Below, piece after piece: positions 58,013 through 64,000 of a DNA stretch of 64,000 nucleotides (position 1 is the first letter of the stretch; every line of letters starts with the position of its first letter). Both the position numbers and the translations under genes were made by a program. This DNA comes from Polaribacter sp. GTDB lineage: Bacteria > Bacteroidota > Bacteroidia > Flavobacteriales > Flavobacteriaceae. Where the stretch lies: contig JBDNBB010000010.1 of assembly GCA_039768135.1 (NCBI GenBank), forward strand, positions 2,342 through 66,341, written 5' to 3'. The notes under the pieces were generated by a model. It was not told where the DNA came from and did no database searches. It worked only from the letters and a program-made list of their open reading frames with translations.

Positions 58013-61000
58013 ATGAAAAAAGTTAATTACCTTTTACTTGCACTTTTAGGAGTAGCCGCAGTTTCTTGTAATTTAGAAAATCAAAAAATTTCAGAAAAAC
58101 CTCCAGAAGCAAAGATTCAAGTCATTAAAGAAAAAAGACATAAAAAAAATCCTGATATTAAACATAAAAAAGGGATTGAGTTTATGGCTGATTATCAAAA
58201 TGAAATTAGAAAACCTATTAATGCAGAAAAATCAACCTATAAAAAAGGGTATTTAATAGAAGAGTTTAAAAAGTTAAAAGCACAAAAAAGGAGTCTTAAA
58301 AAAGATTCTGAAATAACTACTGTTTTTACAGAAAGAGGACCCGCAAATGTTCCAGGAAGAACTAGAGGAATTGCAGTAGATCCTACCAATGCAAATCGTT
58401 GGTTTTTTGGAACAGTTGGTGGTGGTGTTTGGTTAACAGAAGATGCAGGAGCTACTTTTGTAAACCTTACAGATACTACAATACCAAATTTAGCAACTTC
58501 TACTATTGTAATTAGTCCACAAGATAAAAACACATTATATGTTGGTACAGGTGAGCCTTTTGGAAACTTAGGAGCTATTGGTGGCTCTGGTGTTTATAAA
58601 ACAATAGATGGTGGGGCAACTTGGGAAAGTTTAACTAATACAGTAAGTTTTGGTGATATTGGAAGGATAATTATTAATCCAAATGATAAAAATAATCTTT
58701 TAGTAGGCACAAGATCGGGTATTTATAGAACAACAGATGGTGGTGCTAATTGGTCTCAAACTTTTGTTTCCTCTGGAACTGTTCAAGATCTTGATGCAGA
58801 TCCAACAGATTTTAATATTCAATATGGTTCTGTTGGAAACTTTGGAATTGTAAAAAGTACAGATGGAGGATTAACGTGGTCTACTTCTTTTGACAGATCA
58901 GATTTTAACGGAAACCATTCCCGTTTTGAATTGGCAGTTTCTCCTGCTGATGCAAATTACATATTCTTAAGTGTATATTCAGGAAGTGGAGGTACCTATA
59001 CAAACACAGATTTTTATCAATCTACAGATAAAGGTGCTTCTTATACAAAATTAACAACCTCTAGTCCAAATGCAAATTTACTTACAGGACAAGGGTGGTA
59101 TGATAATACAATAATGGCTCATCCTTATAATACTAATACCTTTTATGTTGGAGGTGTTGCTGTCTTTAAGGTTACTATAACTAGTACGAATTTCACTTTT
59201 CAATCTATTGCTTCTGGTTACGATAATAATCAAATTAATTCTGGTGTTCATGTAGATCAACATGGTTTGTCTTATATATTAGGTAATAACCAAGAGTTTA
59301 GAATCCTTTTGGCTAATGATGGTGGAGTGTATAGTACAGCTTATGGATCAAATCCTGGAGCAATTGCAGGGACTTGGTCTGGAACTGCAGCGGGAAAAAA
59401 TAGTACACAGTTTTATGCTGCAACAAAACAAAATGGATCAGATAACTATATTGCAGGTGCCCAAGACAATGGTTCCTGGATTTCATCTGGAAGTAATTCG
59501 AGTTTAACAAAGTCATATCAGAAAATATTAGGAGGAGATGGTTTTGAGGCTGTTTGGCATTATAATAAGCCAGGTAACTATATTGTTGCTTCGCAAAACT
59601 ATGGAAATATTGGAAGATATATAGATAATAATGGAGCTCTAACTAATTTTGCAGATTCTGGAAATGGAAACTTGTCGCCATTTTATTCTAAATTATCTAA
59701 CGTAGACAACAATCCAGATGTTGTATTTGCAATTTCTACCAATGGTGTTTGGAGATCTACAGATTTTGGAGGTTCTTGGTCACTAAGTGAAATTTTAAAC
59801 AATTACACGCCTAGCGCAACAAGTGCATTAAATGTAGAAGCTTCACATGCAAACCCAAATATTGTATGGGCAGGAGCAGCAATGACAGAAAGTGGTTCTT
59901 ATGTTATGCACGTTTCTAGAGATAATGGTCAAACATTTAATGCAACTGGAACTTTTGATAATCCTGAAGGAGATCAAAATGTTTTTATTACTGGAATTTC
60001 ACCTTCTTATAAAGAAGAAAATAGAGCGTATGTATCTTTTGCCTCACAAGGTTTAGCAAAGATTTTAAAAACTGATGATTTGGGACAAAACTGGACAGAT
60101 ATTACAGGTTTTGCTTCAAGAGAAAGAAGAGGCTTTCCGGATGTAGCAGTTCATTGCGTTTTAGAAATGCCTTTTGATGAAAATATTATTTGGGCAGGAA
60201 CAGATATTGGTATTGTAGAAACTTTAGACGGTGGAGCAACATGGAATATGGTAGAAGGTTTTATACCTGTTGCTACTTATGATATGAGAATTGTTAACGA
60301 TCAAGTAGTAATAGCAACTTATGGAAGAGGAGTTTGGTCTGCAACCATATCTGCTTTACAAAATTATACGCTACCTGCTTATTTAGTAGCGCCAGATGTG
60401 TCTTTAAGACAAAAGGGTATTGAAAGTTCTCGATCAATTGTATCTTATAACGCAACTGTAGAAGAAGTAAGTAGAGCTAAGTTTTTTGTTGATGATGTAG
60501 AGGTAGGAGAAGTGATACAAGATTACACTACAGGGGTTACGTATACTTTTGAAACTGAAGGGTTAAGTGAAGGAACACACAAAATTGGAGTGCAGCTTTT
60601 TGATGATTCTGTAGGTTTATCTACTGGAATTAGAGAAGAAACTGTAAATATCATAAATTTTGATACACCAGTTGCCAATGTAAATATTGCCGAATTTTCT
60701 GAGTCAGACGTGTATACCTATGATGGTGAATTTAAAATAGATGACGGAGTTTATTTTGATAGTAATGTATTAAACATAGCTGACCATCCTTATGCCAATA
60801 ACACAACCTATACTACGATCTTAAAAAAGCCATTGCTTATTTCGCAAGGTAATAATACACTTACCTACACTGATGTAGCTATTGTAGAGCCTTATACAGA
60901 TAATTTGTCTGATCTAAATTCGTTTTATGATTATGTAATTATTGAGGCTTCTTCGGATCTAGAAAATTGGGTACTATTAGATAAATACGATGCAAGAAGG

Positions 61001-61465
61001 TTTTCAGATTGGTTGTCTACCTACAATGATTCATTTGCTATGTATGACGAAGGTTTATTTAAAACGCAAACAATTAATTTAATAGACAAAGGTTTAGCTC
61101 CTGGTCAGACTGTTGTTTTTAGATTTAAATTAGTTGCAGATGCTGGTGCTAATTCATACGGATGGGCTATAAAAAATATAAATGCTGCAACAGCTTCTGT
61201 GCAAGACGTTATAGATAATAAAGAACTATTTACAGTGTATCCAACAGTTTCAAATGGTAATTTTACGATTTATGCTGGAGATAGTTTTGCAAAAACAAAA
61301 GTTAAAATATATGATGTTTCTGGAAGAGAGGCTTTCAACTCAACAATAGATTTTAGTTCTCAAAAAGAAAAACAAATGAGTATTTCTTTAAATGCTGGCA
61401 TGTATATTTTAAATCTTATTGATGAAAATGGAGTGCGAACTTCAAAGAAAATTATCATTCAATAA
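58013..61465 (+). CDS. BNR/Asp-box beta-propeller protein with extra beta-sandwich domains and T9SS type A CTD
   Basis: RGPANVPGRTR; many S/T-x-D-x-G-x-x-W boxes; AGAQDNGS; CTD VYPT...IYDVSG...GMYIL..KIIIQ. Confidence 0.85.
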   Translation: MKKVNYLLLALLGVAAVSCNLENQKISEKPPEAKIQVIKEKRHKKNPDIKHKKGIEFMADYQNEIRKPINAEKSTYKKGYLIEEFKKLKAQKRSLKKDSEITTVFTERGPANVPGRTRGIAVDPTNANRWFFGTVGGGVWLTEDAGATFVNLTDTTIPNLATSTIVISPQDKNTLYVGTGEPFGNLGAIGGSGVYKTIDGGATWESLTNTVSFGDIGRIIINPNDKNNLLVGTRSGIYRTTDGGANWSQTFVSSGTVQDLDADPTDFNIQYGSVGNFGIVKSTDGGLTWSTSFDRSDFNGNHSRFELAVSPADANYIFLSVYSGSGGTYTNTDFYQSTDKGASYTKLTTSSPNANLLTGQGWYDNTIMAHPYNTNTFYVGGVAVFKVTITSTNFTFQSIASGYDNNQINSGVHVDQHGLSYILGNNQEFRILLANDGGVYSTAYGSNPGAIAGTWSGTAAGKNSTQFYAATKQNGSDNYIAGAQDNGSWISSGSNSSLTKSYQKILGGDGFEAVWHYNKPGNYIVASQNYGNIGRYIDNNGALTNFADSGNGNLSPFYSKLSNVDNNPDVVFAISTNGVWRSTDFGGSWSLSEILNNYTPSATSALNVEASHANPNIVWAGAAMTESGSYVMHVSRDNGQTFNATGTFDNPEGDQNVFITGISPSYKEENRAYVSFASQGLAKILKTDDLGQNWTDITGFASRERRGFPDVAVHCVLEMPFDENIIWAGTDIGIVETLDGGATWNMVEGFIPVATYDMRIVNDQVVIATYGRGVWSATISALQNYTLPAYLVAPDVSLRQKGIESSRSIVSYNATVEEVSRAKFFVDDVEVGEVIQDYTTGVTYTFETEGLSEGTHKIGVQLFDDSVGLSTGIREETVNIINFDTPVANVNIAEFSESDVYTYDGEFKIDDGVYFDSNVLNIADHPYANNTTYTTILKKPLLISQGNNTLTYTDVAIVEPYTDNLSDLNSFYDYVIIEASSDLENWVLLDKYDARRFSDWLSTYNDSFAMYDEGLFKTQTINLIDKGLAPGQTVVFRFKLVADAGANSYGWAIKNINAATASVQDVIDNKELFTVYPTVSNGNFTIYAGDSFAKTKVKIYDVSGREAFNSTIDFSSQKEKQMSISLNAGMYILNLIDENGVRTSKKIIIQ

Positions 61466-61481
61466 TTAAAAATAGTAAAAC

Positions 61482-61514
61482 AAAAAAAAGGCACTGTTTA
61501 CAGTGCCTTTTTTT
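61482..61514. terminator. Bidirectional intrinsic terminator
   Basis: AAAAAAAGGCACTGT-tt-ACAGTGCCTTTTTTT between convergent genes. Confidence 0.85.
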
Positions 61515-63279
61515 ATGTTTTAGAGAAAAGCTTGGCCAAAGAATTACTATCTAACCCAATTTCTTTTTGTAGTTCTAAGATACTTCCATGAGTTACAAAA
61601 TTGTCAGGAATACCAACGATTTGTATATTATTTTTAAAGTTATTTTTAGCTGCATATTCTACTATTGATGATCCAAAACCTCCTGTAATTGTGCCATCTT
61701 CTACAGTAATTATTTTAGAGAAATTATTAAAAATATGATTTAACAATTCCTTATCAAGGGGTTTTACAAATCGCATATCAAAATGTGCTAAAGACTTTTT
61801 ATTTTGAGCTAAATCTATAGCCTGATTTACATTGTCACTTATTGTTCCAATAGAAAGTATAGCAATTTCATCACCTTGCTTTAGAGTAACAGCTTTCCCA
61901 ATTTCAATCTTAGAAAAAGGTTGTTGCCACTCTTTATTTTTTCCATAACCTCTTGGGTACCTTATAGCAATTGGTTGTTTTAAACCTAATTGAGCAGTAT
62001 ATAATATGTTACGTAATTCAATTTCGTTTCTTGGAGCAAAAATTATGAGGTTGGGTATGCACCTTAAATAAGCAATGTCAAAAACTCCATGATGTGTTGC
62101 ACCATCTTCACCAACCAAACCAGCTCTATCCAAACAAAATATTACAGGTAAATTCTGCAATGCAACATCATGTATTACTTGATCGTACGCTCTTTGTAAA
62201 AAAGTGGAATAAATATTACAAAAAGGCACTAAACCCTGTGTAGCCATTCCTGCAGCAAATGTAACTGCATGTTGTTCTGCAATACCAACATCAAAAGTTC
62301 TGTTGGGGATTTCTTGCATCATCAATTTTAAAGAACTACCAGTTAACATTGCAGGTGTAATTGCTACTATCTTGTTATTTTCTTTGGCCAATTCTACTAT
62401 AGTTTTACCAAATACATCCTGATATTTAGTAAACAAACTGTCTGCCTTCTTTAAGCGCTCACCAGAAATTTTATCGAATTTTCCAGGGGCATGATAAGTG
62501 ATTTGGTCTTCTTCAGCTTTCTGTAATCCCTTGCCTTTTGTGGTGATAACATGTAAAAACTTAGGCCCTTTAACTTTTTTTAGACGTTCTAATTCAAACA
62601 ATAATTTTGGTAAATTATGACCATCTACAGGACCTGAATAATCGAAATTTAAAGCTTTAATAATATTGTTTTGAGCTGCTAGCTTTTTATCTGATTTCAC
62701 TCGAGTTAAATACTCTTTTAAAGCACCTACAGAAGGGTCTATGCCAATTGCATTATCGTTTAAAATAATTAAAATATTTGCTTTAGAAACGCCTGCATGA
62801 TTCAGAGCTTCAAAAGCCATTCCACTTGCAATAGAAGCATCACCTATAACAGCAATATGATGTTTTTCTTTTTCACCTTTTAAATTTGAGGCTATAGCCA
62901 TGCCAAGAGCTGCAGAAATAGAAGTAGAGGAATGTCCTACTCCAAAAGTATCAAAATTACTTTCTTGTCTTGAGGGAAAACCTGCAATTCCATTAAATTG
63001 TCTGTTGGTATGAAAAATACTTTTTCTATCCGTTAATATTTTATGCCCATAGGCTTGATGACCTACATCCCAAACCAATAAATCATTAGGTGTATCAAAT
63101 AGATAATGTAATGCAATGGTAAGCTCTACAACTCCTAAACTTGCACCTAAATGACCTTCTTTAGTAGCAACAATATCAATAATAAATGCTCTCAGATCTT
63201 TGGCAAGTTCTGGAAGCTCACTCGAATTCAGTTTTCTTAAATCTGAAGGATTTGATATGTTATTTAACAAGTTTTTCAT
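61513..63279 (-). CDS. dxs: 1-deoxy-D-xylulose-5-phosphate synthase
   Basis: GHLGASLG, WDVGHQAY, GDASI..LNDN, DVGIAEQHA and DGATHHG motifs; start moved to ATG 63279. Confidence 0.96.
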   Translation of the reverse strand: MKNLLNNISNPSDLRKLNSSELPELAKDLRAFIIDIVATKEGHLGASLGVVELTIALHYLFDTPNDLLVWDVGHQAYGHKILTDRKSIFHTNRQFNGIAGFPSRQESNFDTFGVGHSSTSISAALGMAIASNLKGEKEKHHIAVIGDASIASGMAFEALNHAGVSKANILIILNDNAIGIDPSVGALKEYLTRVKSDKKLAAQNNIIKALNFDYSGPVDGHNLPKLLFELERLKKVKGPKFLHVITTKGKGLQKAEEDQITYHAPGKFDKISGERLKKADSLFTKYQDVFGKTIVELAKENNKIVAITPAMLTGSSLKLMMQEIPNRTFDVGIAEQHAVTFAAGMATQGLVPFCNIYSTFLQRAYDQVIHDVALQNLPVIFCLDRAGLVGEDGATHHGVFDIAYLRCIPNLIIFAPRNEIELRNILYTAQLGLKQPIAIRYPRGYGKNKEWQQPFSKIEIGKAVTLKQGDEIAILSIGTISDNVNQAIDLAQNKKSLAHFDMRFVKPLDKELLNHIFNNFSKIITVEDGTITGGFGSSIVEYAAKNNFKNNIQIVGIPDNFVTHGSILELQKEIGLDSNSLAKLFSKT

Positions 63280-63335
63280 TCGATTACAAAAATACAATAT
63301 CAAATTTTGTAATATTGATTTTTTAGATTCAAAAT

Positions 63336-63785
63336 ATGATACAACCTTTTGATGATACTTATTTTATGAAAAAAGCCTATCAAGAAGCAGAAATTGCTTT
63401 TGATAAAGGTGAGATTCCTGTAGGTGCTGTTGTTGTATTAAATAATCAAATTATTGCAAGAGCTCATAATTTAACAGAAACATTAAACGATGTAACTGCA
63501 CATGCAGAAATGCAAGCATTTACAGCAGCTGCTAACTTTTTAGGAGGAAAATATTTAAAAGATTGCATTCTTTACGTAACTTTAGAACCTTGCCAAATGT
63601 GTGCAGGCGCAAGTTATTGGTCTCAAATAGCTAGAATTGTTTATGGAGCTTCAGAGCCTAAAAGAGGCTTTGTAAATTTAGGAACACAACTACATCCTAA
63701 AACCAAAGTTACTTCAGGTATTTTAGAAAATGATTGCTCTTTATTATTAAAGCGCTTCTTTATTGAAAAAAGGAACCTAAGCTGA
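63336..63785 (+). CDS. tadA: tRNA adenosine deaminase-like nucleoside deaminase
   Basis: GEIPVGAV, TAHAE and TLEPCQMC motifs. Confidence 0.85.
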   Translation: MIQPFDDTYFMKKAYQEAEIAFDKGEIPVGAVVVLNNQIIARAHNLTETLNDVTAHAEMQAFTAAANFLGGKYLKDCILYVTLEPCQMCAGASYWSQIARIVYGASEPKRGFVNLGTQLHPKTKVTSGILENDCSLLLKRFFIEKRNLS

Positions 63786-63887
63786 GGGGTAAACTGTTAA
63801 AATTTTAACAAACATTTCTTAAAAAATTTGCAGTCTAGATAGTTTTGGTCAACTTTATAGATAATTCAAACTAATCTTACACTTCAA

Positions 63888-64000
63888 ATGAAAAAAATTA
63901 CTTTATTTTTTGTGTTTCTTTTTGCTATTTCTGTTGTATCTGCTCAAGAAACTCCAAAACCTAACTACAGACAGGCAGCTAAATACTCGCCAAAAAACCT
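63888..64000 (+). CDS. Secreted protein, 5' fragment (possibly an S9/DPP-IV family peptidase)
   Basis: MKKITLFFVFLFAISVVSAQETPKPNYRQAAKYSPKN runs off the right edge; the family guess rests on the N-terminus only. Confidence 0.5.
   Translation, partial: MKKITLFFVFLFAISVVSAQETPKPNYRQAAKYSPKN

Noticed and set aside
2410-59516. Other short ORFs (60-120 aa) nested within or antisense to long genes
   Set aside because: They overlap well-supported CDSs and show no motifs or independent expression signals
1-64000. CRISPR arrays, tRNA/rRNA, IS elements, prophage
   Set aside because: No regularly spaced repeats, cloverleaf or rRNA-like GC-rich segments, or transposase, integrase or phage genes were recognised by eye

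Overview
AT-rich bacterial DNA from a member of the Flavobacteriaceae, probably marine and Polaribacter/Tenacibaculum-like. Supporting signs are sprA, T9SS cargo proteins and TAnnTTTG promoters. Most of 14-64 kb is conserved backbone: fabD, leuS, the cyoE-cox3-cox3-cox4-SCO cluster, tsaB, tonB-vanZ-gcvH-sprA-ruvA-maeB, moaD/moaE, ctaA, csp, nrdBA-dgt, dxs and tadA. Two paralogous BNR-repeat T9SS proteins sit between dgt and dxs. The accessory left 14 kb is the most interesting part. (1) An arsenosugar-biosynthesis cluster (DUF547, AhpD-like protein, arsS, arsM, rhodanese, TIGR04282/DUF2064, nucleoside phosphorylase) is followed on the same strand by a kinase, an IMPase-family phosphatase and a fatty-acid-hydroxylase/desaturase. 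(2) A very AT-rich module encodes an HTH plus helical-repeat protein, an EamA transporter and a secreted HExxH metallopeptidase that the ORF track misses. Two promoters in this module share one architecture (11-bp tandem repeat, 18 nt, -7 box), and one of them drives only a ~70-nt terminated transcript. An ECF-sigma-like motif, TGTAAY-N16-CGTCT, occurs four times, including at the head of the arsenosugar cluster. No rRNA, tRNA, CRISPR array, integrase or transposase was seen. All family calls come from motif recognition by eye; no database search was run.
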